Origin: a virus
Reading direction: 5' to 3' (one strand)
Virus record (IMG/VR): IMGVR_UViG_3300036791_000462
Span: 43,111 to 107,110 of that record
DNA: 64,000 bases
Each line of letters opens with the position of its first letter. Positions within the stretch are counted from its first letter, which is position 1. Under the pieces are notes generated by a model. That model saw only the letters and a program-made list of their open reading frames with translations, was not told the origin of the DNA and searched no databases. A program made the translations under genes and the position numbers. Below are positions 29,734-38,695 of the stretch, piece after piece.

Positions 29734-32409
29734 TTAGGCTAATCCCTCGGTTTTGAATGTCCGGTCCAGGTCGCTGACGTTGATGCCCTTCTCGGCCAGC
29801 GGGCCTAGTGATGCTGCGTCTCGCAGCCGTGCCAGATACGCCTGTGCCGGGGAGATCTTCATCACTCCCAGCGCGTTGGACACGTCCCGGTGGATCCGGT
29901 CGATCTGCTCAGCCGGAATGTTTTGGCCCTGCATCCACCTGTCGGCGACTGTCATCGCGTGGTGATGCTCAGCGCTGCGCACTCTTGGCGCTTCCGCTGT
30001 CACCGGTCGCGGGGTCGGCGCTGACGGTTGGTCGATCTGGTCGCCCGCGACCCACAGGCGTCCGCCGTCTTTGAGCACGACCAGCGCGTTGTTCTCGTTC
30101 ACGTCGAAGACCGTGCCGTCCAGTTGCCGTCCTGAGCCTGCCAGCGCGAACTTGACCTGGTCGCCCGCCTGCACCTTGCGTCCGCTGGCGGTGGTGACGG
30201 TCGGCATCTCCGTTTTGATGTCGGACAGGTCGGGTGTGACGACGGGGTCAAACGTGCTGTGCGTGATTTGCTTCGCGTCGGGGTGAAGGAGCGCGCCTCG
30301 TAGCGTCTTGACTCCTGGTCGTGACTGTTGCGCGAGCGCGATCAACTCCTGGTGCTGGTCGGCGGTGGCGCGCTGGAACTTCAGTTCGCGGAGCTTGGAG
30401 CGGCGCTGCTCGTCGCTCAGGCCCGCGCTGCGCATGATCGCCCCAACCTGCGCACGGTATTTCGGGTAGGTGCCGCGCACGCGGTAATCCATCGGGTGGC
30501 GTTTGACGGCTTCGAGCACGTCGGTCATCCCGTAGCTGCGTAGCCAGTCGGCGACCTCCAGGTGTCCTGTCTCCTCGGTCAGCGCCTCCTCAACGTTGAC
30601 GCCGAACCCCTTGTAGTCCTGTGCCTGGATGCCGCCGAGCACGCCGACGCCGTGGTTGATCTCGTGCTGGAGGATCTCCAGGTCGTTGTAGAAGTTCAGC
30701 CGCTCGTTGTCGGTCTGCTGCTTACCTTCGGCGCGGGTGGTGAGGAAGTCGCTGGCGTTGTCGAGGTAGCGCTGCTTGATCCCTATCGACCCGTTCCAGC
30801 GGTGGATGCCAGCGGCGTTGCGGGGGATCCGCTCGGCGTCCACGTGCTTGACGTTCTGCTCGGTTTCGTAGCGCTTGGCGAGTTCGTCCGCGCGGCCGAG
30901 TACGTCGGTCAGCAGTTCGTCCAGGTTCTTCGGCGCTTGGCCGTGTGGCAGCCGGGTGCGGTTCTGCGGGACGATCTCGACCTTCGAGATGTTCGGAGCG
31001 CGTCTGAGCGCGCCCCCGATGTACTGCGGCTCGACGGTGAGTCTCACGGTCGAGCGGTCGGGCAGGACCAGCTTGCTGGAGAGCGTCGGCGTGGTGCCGG
31101 GCTCCTGGGGTAGCTTCACGGCCCCGAGACGTTCCAGTAGCTGCGTCGCGCTGTACACGTCCATGTTTCCTAGCTCGTGCAGCAGCGCCTTGTTGTCACG
31201 GCCGACCAGCGCCGCTTTGATCGCCTCGTCCTTCTGCACGGCCTCCTCGCGCTTGCGCTTGATCTCGTCCTGAGCCTCCTGCCAGACGCGCACGTCGTCG
31301 GCGCGCTGCTCGGGCGTCACGATCATGTGGTCCCAAACCATCGAGCCGTGGCCCGCGTTGACGACCTCCAGCGGACGTTGGTACTCGGGGTCTGAGGGGT
31401 TGCCGCCTCGGCGCATGTGCAGCACGAGCGAGTCGGGCGGCTGGCCGGGGCCGACCTCCTTGTCGAACCGGGTGACGCCCTCCACGCCTTCGGGGAGGCT
31501 GCCTGCGGATAGCTCGCCACGGTTCTGGGACACCTTCATCCGCCAGCCCGAGTCGATGGTGTGCAGCGCGTTGACGACAGTGTTGGCGTTGTCGCCCGGT
31601 TTGACGTGGGCGAACGGGTTCTCCTGGATCGCGGCGAGCTTCGCGCTCGCGACCTCGCTGTCGGTTGGGCGAAACGCGGTGACCTTGCCGACCTGCACGC
31701 CGCCGGGGGTGTCGTCCACACGCAGCGCACGGCCCTGCCCGTTGGGGTGAACGAACTCCATCCAGTCGTCGCCGTTTTCGTTGACGACCTTCGGGCGGCT
31801 GTAGCCCGCACCGCGCATCGAGTTGCGAACGGTCTGCGGGTCGCCGTGGGTCAGCAGCGCGGCGACCGGGTCGCTGTTCGGGATCGGGGGGTGCAGTTCG
31901 GCGCTGGCGTCGGCGACGGTGCCGCCTGGTGCTTCGCCGAACCCTGGTCCCTTGAGCGTCAGGTGCAGGTCCGCTCCCTGCGTGTGCGAACGGAAGACCT
32001 GTTTGCGGTTGTCGCCGCTGACGTAGTGGAAGTCAAGCGGCATCGGGTGCCCGCCGCGAGCGGCGGTTTCGAGCGACATCGAGCCGCTGCGGATCTCGCT
32101 CATCGTCTGGCCGATCAGCCCGGCGGCGAGGTCGTGCGACGGGTGTGTCTCATCGAGGATCGCGGGCGGGCGCTCCAGCGTTTCGATCCACTTGCCGCCG
32201 CGTCCTCGCGGGTGCTCAAACGCTTTGAAGTCCGCTTCGCTGATCTCGCCGTACAGCGACTGTTCGATCTCGCGGTCGATCTGCTCAAGCTCGGCGCGGT
32301 CCTGTGCGCTCATCTGATCCCAGTTGCGCCGGGCCTGTTCGATCTCCTGCTCGGTGGGTTCCTCAGCCCCGACCTGGCCGTCGGTGATCTTCAGCGGTTC
32401 GGGGTTCAC
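29734..32409 (-). CDS. Tagged polyvalent effector with zincin metallopeptidase and SH3/KOW-like domain
   Basis: Tag ISEADFKAFEHPRGRGGKWI; LQHEINHGV...VEEALTE; VQAGDQVKF...GTVFDV...ALVVL. Confidence 0.65.
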   Translation of the reverse strand: MNPEPLKITDGQVGAEEPTEQEIEQARRNWDQMSAQDRAELEQIDREIEQSLYGEISEADFKAFEHPRGRGGKWIETLERPPAILDETHPSHDLAAGLIGQTMSEIRSGSMSLETAARGGHPMPLDFHYVSGDNRKQVFRSHTQGADLHLTLKGPGFGEAPGGTVADASAELHPPIPNSDPVAALLTHGDPQTVRNSMRGAGYSRPKVVNENGDDWMEFVHPNGQGRALRVDDTPGGVQVGKVTAFRPTDSEVASAKLAAIQENPFAHVKPGDNANTVVNALHTIDSGWRMKVSQNRGELSAGSLPEGVEGVTRFDKEVGPGQPPDSLVLHMRRGGNPSDPEYQRPLEVVNAGHGSMVWDHMIVTPEQRADDVRVWQEAQDEIKRKREEAVQKDEAIKAALVGRDNKALLHELGNMDVYSATQLLERLGAVKLPQEPGTTPTLSSKLVLPDRSTVRLTVEPQYIGGALRRAPNISKVEIVPQNRTRLPHGQAPKNLDELLTDVLGRADELAKRYETEQNVKHVDAERIPRNAAGIHRWNGSIGIKQRYLDNASDFLTTRAEGKQQTDNERLNFYNDLEILQHEINHGVGVLGGIQAQDYKGFGVNVEEALTEETGHLEVADWLRSYGMTDVLEAVKRHPMDYRVRGTYPKYRAQVGAIMRSAGLSDEQRRSKLRELKFQRATADQHQELIALAQQSRPGVKTLRGALLHPDAKQITHSTFDPVVTPDLSDIKTEMPTVTTASGRKVQAGDQVKFALAGSGRQLDGTVFDVNENNALVVLKDGGRLWVAGDQIDQPSAPTPRPVTAEAPRVRSAEHHHAMTVADRWMQGQNIPAEQIDRIHRDVSNALGVMKISPAQAYLARLRDAASLGPLAEKGINVSDLDRTFKTEGLA

Positions 32410-33932
32410 GTCTTCCTCCGCTTCGCTGCGGCGGCGGCTCTGCGTGCCGTCTCGGCTTCCACGTCGGCGTCCTGGCGGCGCTGCTGTTCAGTCCAGACGA
32501 CGGCCTGTAGCTCGTGCGGTTTGAGCCCCACCCTGTCGGCGACGGCGTGCACACGGTTCGCGGTCCACAGGTAGCCGCTGTTCTTGGCGGTGGGTTTACC
32601 TGAGCCGATCACGATCTCGCCCGCCTTGTCGTAGTCGGCACGGGCGGTTTCGCCGAGCAGCGCGCGGGCCATCAGCGTGTCCACGGTGACGGTCGTCGGC
32701 TGGTCGGGGAACGCGAGGTTGTTGTAGAAGCTGCGGGTCTTCGGGTAGCTCAGCACCGCGTCGGGGTTCTCGCCTCGGTACAGGCGCAGCGCGGCTTTCA
32801 GCGAGTTGCGCATCATCGTCGGGCGCTCCAGCCTGGCAGCGAGCGCGTTCGGGTCTTCGTTGGGATGCGCCCTGGCGATCTTCATCGCGCGCAGCGCCGC
32901 TTCGAGGTTCTCGTACTTGCCCGCTTTCGGGCCGGTCTGCCACTGCCAGCGCATGCGCGGTGAGGTCGCGGCAACCATCGCGGTCAGCACCGCCGGGTCC
33001 ACGTTGTTCTTTGCGGCGACCTGCCCGATCAGGTTGTGCGCGTCGGCGTACCAGCGCGCGTCGTGCTCGCCGTGACCGGTGCTCATCGCCTGGCGGTACA
33101 TCTCCTCGAAGCGAGCCTCCGCCTGGGCGTCGGTTAGCTCCACGCGGCTGTGTTCGTGTCCGCGCTGCTCCAGCGGCGTGACGCGGCCGAGGTCGCCCTG
33201 TTCCTGGGCGGTCGGTTCGCGGGTGTGCTTGTCCCACTCCTCGGGGAGTCCCAGCCCGATGCCCTTCTTGCCGGGCGCGGTGTAGACGGTGACGTGCGGC
33301 GGCGGCACGGGGATCTTCTCGCCCGCCTGTTCGGAGAGCTTGTCGTACAGATCGGAGGCACCCTCGACTTTTGCGGGGATCACGAGCGAACGTCGATCAC
33401 CCTTCTCGGCGATACGCCACGGCGGTCCGATGTGCGTGACGCTCACCGGCGCGTTCTGCACCTGGTTGGCCATCTGCTTCAGCGTCGCCTCGTCGGTGAT
33501 GGAGGTCGCGCGCTTGACCCGCCGGGAGTCGAACATCGTGACGTGCGGGTTTCGCACCTTCTCCCAGCGCTCACCGCCGACGGTGATCGTTTGCGGCAGG
33601 TCGGGCAGCTTGACCTCCAGCCCCCGGTAGTGCTCGCCCTTGTGCAGCGAGGAGGTGATCCACTTGCCCCCACGTCCGCGCGGGTGCTCCAGGTCATCCC
33701 AGACGCTTTCGGTTAGCTCGCTGTCGCCGTTGCCCGCGAGCGCCTGCACCTGCTGCCAGAACTCCCAGTCGTCGTCGTGGGTCGCGTCGTCCGGTGGGAG
33801 CGACAGGTCGGGCCAGCGGTCGCTGACAGTCGCAGCGGCTTGCGCCCAGTCTGGGCCGCCGCGTTTGACGACCTGCAGATCGCCGGGTTTCCAGGCGAAG
33901 CGGTCGGTGGGGTCGGGTTCCTCGACGGCCAT
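32406..33932 (-). CDS. Tagged effector: 2H phosphoesterase + HhH-glycosylase-like (DUF7178-like) domain
   Basis: Tag LTESVWDDLEHPRGRGGKWI; two PHVT motifs; WY..AH, AATSPR..W..N, PKTRSFYNNL, VTVD, ELQAVVW. Confidence 0.7.
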   Translation of the reverse strand: MAVEEPDPTDRFAWKPGDLQVVKRGGPDWAQAAATVSDRWPDLSLPPDDATHDDDWEFWQQVQALAGNGDSELTESVWDDLEHPRGRGGKWITSSLHKGEHYRGLEVKLPDLPQTITVGGERWEKVRNPHVTMFDSRRVKRATSITDEATLKQMANQVQNAPVSVTHIGPPWRIAEKGDRRSLVIPAKVEGASDLYDKLSEQAGEKIPVPPPHVTVYTAPGKKGIGLGLPEEWDKHTREPTAQEQGDLGRVTPLEQRGHEHSRVELTDAQAEARFEEMYRQAMSTGHGEHDARWYADAHNLIGQVAAKNNVDPAVLTAMVAATSPRMRWQWQTGPKAGKYENLEAALRAMKIARAHPNEDPNALAARLERPTMMRNSLKAALRLYRGENPDAVLSYPKTRSFYNNLAFPDQPTTVTVDTLMARALLGETARADYDKAGEIVIGSGKPTAKNSGYLWTANRVHAVADRVGLKPHELQAVVWTEQQRRQDADVEAETARRAAAAAKRRKT

Positions 33933-33942
33933 TCTACCTATT

Positions 33943-35535
33943 TTAGCGCACATCCTGTGCTTGCGGCGGCAGGGCTTCCAGGATCACGCTGCGGTTGCCC
34001 CACTGGTCCTCGTTGACCTCCGCGACGCGGAACGTCGTGTTGCGGGGCAGCAGCACCTCGGACTCGGGTAGTCCCGAGCCGCCGCCGATGTGCAGTCCTT
34101 CCTCGAACGCGAAGGCGTGGATGCCAGCCGGTAGCCGGATCGAGGTCACCTCGTCGCCGGGTCTGGCGGCTATCGGGCTGCGCAGTGACGTGGACACGAA
34201 CGCGGGATCGCGGACCTCGTCGCCGACGTGCAGGTTCGCGAACTGGCCGACCGGGCCGCCTCGGTAGACGGTGACGTTCTCCTTCAGGGTGGACTTGCCG
34301 ATGGCGGAGTCGAGCCGGTCGATCATCTGTCCGACGGTCGCGCCGCTCGGGGGTGTCGAGTACCACGCCGACGGCGAGTCGCGGGTGACCTCGGGGTTGA
34401 GGTTGCGCAGGAACTCGTTGACGTGCACGAACCCGGACGCCTGGTAGGACGACAGCGCCCACTGTTCGTCGGTTGTCGTGCCGCTGCTGGTGAACGCCTT
34501 GTTCGCGAACTCGCGGGCGGATTGCATCTGGGTTTTGAACTCGCCCTCGTCGGATGGTTCGCGAGCACCGAACCCCTGCGTCTGCCACGACTCGGGCTCG
34601 GGCCACTTCGCAGGCTCAGGCTCTGGCGGCTGCTCGCGCAGGTCAAGCTCGCCTTTCCAGTGGGAGCCGATCATCAGTTCCTTGCCCGGCCAGTTGCGCG
34701 TCTTGGGCGGGCCGGTGCCGGTCGAGTAGTCGTGACGTTCGGGTGGGGTTTCCCACCACCAGTGATCGAGCCCCCATCCGGCTAGCTCCGCTTCGGAGCC
34801 GAACTCCCCGGCGGTCAGCTTGCGCTCCAGTTCGGTCATCGTCTGCTCGGTGGCGCGGCTGGCGATCTGTTTCCAGCGGCCGTCCTTCTTGGCGTCGGCG
34901 AGGATCTGTTTCTGCACCGCCTGCTTGTTGCCGGTCCAGACGAACCCGCGTCTCGCCCAGGCGTAACCGCCGACGGACACCGCTTCCACATCGGCCTTGT
35001 CCACCCCGGCGTCGCGCAGCGTGCCGAGGAAGTGGTTGGTGAACGCCGCCCCGAACCCGTTGCCCTGCTCGGAGCCGCGCAGGTAGATGTTCGACAGTTC
35101 GGCATGCCGTTCGCCACGGAGGTTCGGTGGCTTCAGCGTGACGCGAGCGAGCCCCACCGGTTCGATCTCCCCGACCTTCTGGAGGTTGAGCCACACCTCC
35201 CCGTACAGGTTCTGGGTTTTGGTGCGACCGGAGCGGACAGCGACGATCCCGGCGTGCTGGAACCCGTCCATCGCTTTGGCGAAGTCCTCGCCGGTGAAGC
35301 TCTCCCCGACACGTGGCGCTGCGGGTTTCGCGACACCTGGCTCGGGCGCAGATGTGTGGTGGTGGATGCCGCTGGTGATCCACTCGCCGCCCCGACCGCG
35401 TGGGTGTAGCCACTCGATGAAGTGCGCTTCCTGTAGCTCCTCGCCGTCGTTGTCGGTTGGCACGTCCACGGTCGCGAGCAGGCGTGCGACCTCGTCTTCG
35501 GGTACGCCGAGGAACAACGCAGTCGGAACGGTCAT
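33943..35535 (-). CDS. Tagged effector: GNAT acetyltransferase + VIP2/Alt-like ADP-ribosyltransferase
   Basis: Tag LQEAHFIEWLHPRGRGGEWI; QGNGFG, GGYAWARRGF; Y......VNEFLR, VYRG, FVSTS, ESEVLLPR (R-S-E class). Confidence 0.85.
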   Translation of the reverse strand: MTVPTALFLGVPEDEVARLLATVDVPTDNDGEELQEAHFIEWLHPRGRGGEWITSGIHHHTSAPEPGVAKPAAPRVGESFTGEDFAKAMDGFQHAGIVAVRSGRTKTQNLYGEVWLNLQKVGEIEPVGLARVTLKPPNLRGERHAELSNIYLRGSEQGNGFGAAFTNHFLGTLRDAGVDKADVEAVSVGGYAWARRGFVWTGNKQAVQKQILADAKKDGRWKQIASRATEQTMTELERKLTAGEFGSEAELAGWGLDHWWWETPPERHDYSTGTGPPKTRNWPGKELMIGSHWKGELDLREQPPEPEPAKWPEPESWQTQGFGAREPSDEGEFKTQMQSAREFANKAFTSSGTTTDEQWALSSYQASGFVHVNEFLRNLNPEVTRDSPSAWYSTPPSGATVGQMIDRLDSAIGKSTLKENVTVYRGGPVGQFANLHVGDEVRDPAFVSTSLRSPIAARPGDEVTSIRLPAGIHAFAFEEGLHIGGGSGLPESEVLLPRNTTFRVAEVNEDQWGNRSVILEALPPQAQDVR

Positions 35536-38138
35536 TCCGGTTTGACTCCGTTCATCCAGTCACCGATCTGCCGCACCCAGCCGGGCCACTCCACCGCTTT
35601 GTAGTACGGGCCTGTCACGAGCGATGCCGCCTCCGCGAACGTTTCGGTCGCGTAGCCCCCGGCAATGTTCGAGTACGGCCCGGTGGCGCGTCGCTGCGCC
35701 GCTCCCTCGTAGTCGGGGTTGCCCGCCGCGTACTGGCTGAGCCCCTTCGCGACCGCGCTCCAGTCGATCTCACCGTTGTGCTTTGGCAGCATGTCGATGA
35801 ACTGCTGGCGCTGGGTGTCGCTCAGCGCTTCCCACAGCCCGTGGCCCCACTCGTGGCGCAGCACGCCCGCCGGGTCATTGGTGGACGTGAACTGGTCGCC
35901 AGGTTTCGATGGCTTCGGGCCGTAACGGTCAGGGAACTCGTCGGCGAGCCGCTGGCCGACAGACATCGCGGGAGCGTTGATCGAGGTGAGGTTCTGAGGC
36001 ACGTTGCGGCTGGCGGTCACGAACACGTCCCGGACGCCTCCGGGGGCACGGCCATAGCCCTTTTCGGAGATCAGGATCTGGTTGTCCTCGACGGCGGGCC
36101 AGCGGTCACGCAACGCCGCGAAGCGCGGCAGCGCATCGTTCGCGGCGTTCGCCGCACGCACCGCTCGGTACGCGCGTTTGCCGTCCTCGCCAGTGTCGGC
36201 TGCGACCGCGCCACGGTAGTTCTTGCGCTGCGACGCGAGCGTCGTCGCTCTGAACTTGTCGGTCAGATCCTGCGCTGAGTTGGTGATCGTCTCGACGGCG
36301 TTCGGGTCGCTCAGGAACGCGCCCTTGCCGATCCGCTCGGGGTACTCCAACAGCTTCGAGTTGACGGTCGCGCGCAGTTCGCCGGTGTCCCACATCGACA
36401 CGAACACATCGACCGTGCCCATGTCGAGTTGGTCGTTCGCCTTCGCGTTGGCGAGGAAGTCGGGAAGCTGTGCCAGCCCCGTCTCCAGGTCGCGCTGTGC
36501 CCGGTCGGCGTAGCCACTCGCGGCCATCTGCGCCGCTTCGGCGTAGCTGCCAGCGAGCCTGGTCGGCGTGCGCCTGGTCGGCGGTGGCGACGGCGGCGGG
36601 TTCAGCAGGTGGCTGATCGCCTGCACGGTCTGCTCGGGCGTCTGCTGCGAGGAGTCAACGATGTGAGTCGCGCCGCTTCTCGCCGCGTCGATTCGGGGAG
36701 CGTCAAGCTGGTCGCGTTCGGTGATTGCCGCGTGCGCCTGCGGGACGGTCAGCCCGCGCGACTCCGCCCGGCGCTGCGCACGGACGTGCGGGTCGGCGGT
36801 CAGGAAGATCCGGTCGTGCGCGTTCAGCGCGCTGCCAGCGTCGCGGCCGTCGGCAACGAACAGTCCGCCTTCGGCGATGCGCTGGTGGATCGCCGAGTCC
36901 ACAGCGCTGCGAACCTCCGTCTCGCCGCCGAGCGCGGACGCGGCACGGTCCACGTTGGTGTTGCGGATCTGCTGGGAGATGTCACGGCCGTCAAGCGTGA
37001 CAGTCGAACCGTCAGCGCGGATCCGTCCGGCGCGGAGCGCTCTGACAGGGTCGATTCCCATCGTCTTCGCGAGCCCTGCCGCGCGGTAGTGAGCGCCGGT
37101 ATCGACGTACGTCCCGCCGAGCCGTTGCGCGAGCCTGCGAGCGACGGTGCTTTTGCCGGACGCGGCCGGGCCGTCGATGGCGATCACGTGCGCGGTGCCG
37201 AGCTTGTCGATCCATTCGCCGCCGCGCCCACGCGGGTGCTGTAGCTCCGTCCAGACGCTTTCCTGTATGCCCTGTAGCTGGGCGAGTGCTCGCGCCACGC
37301 TGGGGCGCACCTCCAGCCCGCTGAGCCACTGCTCGACCTCCCCTGGGTCTGCGACCACCCTGATCGCTTCCTCCAGCGCCAGAGCCGCCCTGGCGTCTCT
37401 GGCGGCCTGTGCCGGTTCGGGCACCGTGTCACCCGGCCCGAGCGGTTTCAGCCAGCAGCCGCAGCCGGTGTGGATCGGCGGTGGGATCGCGTCGAGCACG
37501 CCCCACGGCCACGCTTTGCCCGCGAGCGCGAGGCAGCCTCGGGTGTGGTTCTTGCGGTCGCCGAGCATCCACTTCGCACCGAGCGGCGACCGTGCTTTGA
37601 CGAGCGCGTTCTCGACGTGCGCGGTGGCTCTCGCCATCATCGCCTGTTGGCGCAGCTTGGAGTAGTGCTGCTCGCGGCTGATGATCGCGTTGATCCGCGC
37701 CTGCTGTTTGCTGTCGGGAAGCTGCCCTGCAGCGTTCAGGTCGTCCTGGACGCGCGCCAACGCTTTCTGCTGAAACAGCCGCTCGTATTGCATCTCCCTG
37801 GCGACAGCTTCGCGGATCACGGCCGGGTCGGCGTTCGGGTAGCGGCTGCGCAGTTGCTTGGTCAGCCAGTCGGCCGAGTCAGCGTGGTGGCGGCGGAACA
37901 GCGCACGCAGGATGCGCAGCGCGACGGCGATCTTCAGGCCGGTGACCGCAATCCCAACCGGCACCTTCGCGGCAGCGACAGCGGCCTGGGCTGGCAGCGT
38001 GACGGTGACCGCCGGTATCGCCGCCACGCCGACGGCGACCTTAGCGGCCTGCCCTGCAGCAGCGGCTTTCAGGATCTGCTGGACCGACGACGACTGCGGC
38101 GGCTGTTGGGGTTGCTGCCCCTGGTCGGGAACGGCCAC
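35532..38138 (-). CDS. MuF-like head morphogenesis protein fused via the tag to cytidylate kinase and a zincin toxin domain
   Basis: Downstream of portal. MuF-like C.ALAGK...PPPIHTGCGC; tag IQESVWTELQHPRGRGGEWI; VIAIDGPAASGKST, VDTGAHYRA, ADGRDAG, FLTA (Cmk); RHEWGH...SQYA...ETFAE. Confidence 0.8.
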   Translation of the reverse strand: MAVPDQGQQPQQPPQSSSVQQILKAAAAGQAAKVAVGVAAIPAVTVTLPAQAAVAAAKVPVGIAVTGLKIAVALRILRALFRRHHADSADWLTKQLRSRYPNADPAVIREAVAREMQYERLFQQKALARVQDDLNAAGQLPDSKQQARINAIISREQHYSKLRQQAMMARATAHVENALVKARSPLGAKWMLGDRKNHTRGCLALAGKAWPWGVLDAIPPPIHTGCGCWLKPLGPGDTVPEPAQAARDARAALALEEAIRVVADPGEVEQWLSGLEVRPSVARALAQLQGIQESVWTELQHPRGRGGEWIDKLGTAHVIAIDGPAASGKSTVARRLAQRLGGTYVDTGAHYRAAGLAKTMGIDPVRALRAGRIRADGSTVTLDGRDISQQIRNTNVDRAASALGGETEVRSAVDSAIHQRIAEGGLFVADGRDAGSALNAHDRIFLTADPHVRAQRRAESRGLTVPQAHAAITERDQLDAPRIDAARSGATHIVDSSQQTPEQTVQAISHLLNPPPSPPPTRRTPTRLAGSYAEAAQMAASGYADRAQRDLETGLAQLPDFLANAKANDQLDMGTVDVFVSMWDTGELRATVNSKLLEYPERIGKGAFLSDPNAVETITNSAQDLTDKFRATTLASQRKNYRGAVAADTGEDGKRAYRAVRAANAANDALPRFAALRDRWPAVEDNQILISEKGYGRAPGGVRDVFVTASRNVPQNLTSINAPAMSVGQRLADEFPDRYGPKPSKPGDQFTSTNDPAGVLRHEWGHGLWEALSDTQRQQFIDMLPKHNGEIDWSAVAKGLSQYAAGNPDYEGAAQRRATGPYSNIAGGYATETFAEAASLVTGPYYKAVEWPGWVRQIGDWMNGVKPE

Positions 38139-38166
38139 AGCCGAAGCCTACGGGCGAACCGGGTGG

Positions 38167-38667
38167 TTAGCTCAAACCGTTACCGTTGCGCCGCAGGATC
38201 GTGTTCTGCACTTCGCCCTCGGGCGTGCAGGCCCACACGATGATCTCGACCCCAGCGTCACCCAGACGGCGCTCGCTCGTGCGGTACACCAGCGGCGGGT
38301 CGTAGCGGACGTGCTTGGTTCCGCCCTCCGCCATCTCGTTCAGCCGGGGCAGAACACAGTCGCGCGGCTTGCCCATCTGCTTGGCTAGCTCGGTGCCGGT
38401 GAGACGCTTCCCGCTCAGCGCCAGCAACGTCTGCGCACGCGACTTCTCGTAGTCCAGCTTGGGATTGACCGCCGCGTCCTTGGCCGTATCAGGATCGGTG
38501 CGCCGGGCCATTGCGTCACCGGAGAGGTCGGCCTCCTTCGCGCTGAGGACGGCGATGTCGTCCCCGTAGTCGATGCCCTCGGCCTCGTACGCCTGCTTCA
38601 TCTTTGCCAGGAAGACGCGGACCTCCTCGGGGGTCGCATCTTCTGCTGGGCGCGAGACGATCTGCAT
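38167..38667 (-). CDS. Winged-helix DNA-binding protein
   Basis: ARRTDPDT...LTGTELAKQMG....VLPRLNEM; start uncertain. Confidence 0.55.
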   Translation of the reverse strand: MQIVSRPAEDATPEEVRVFLAKMKQAYEAEGIDYGDDIAVLSAKEADLSGDAMARRTDPDTAKDAAVNPKLDYEKSRAQTLLALSGKRLTGTELAKQMGKPRDCVLPRLNEMAEGGTKHVRYDPPLVYRTSERRLGDAGVEIIVWACTPEGEVQNTILRRNGNGLS

Positions 38668-38695
38668 CCCGCCACCCTATCGCGTTAGCGCACGG

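Noticed and set aside
36580-37200. Host cmk housekeeping gene marking a prophage boundary
   Set aside because: The domain is in frame inside the MuF-like protein and surrounded by phage genes.
8273-37268. Tag copies as DNA-level repeats or recombination sites
   Set aside because: Third codon positions differ among copies; conservation is at amino-acid level.
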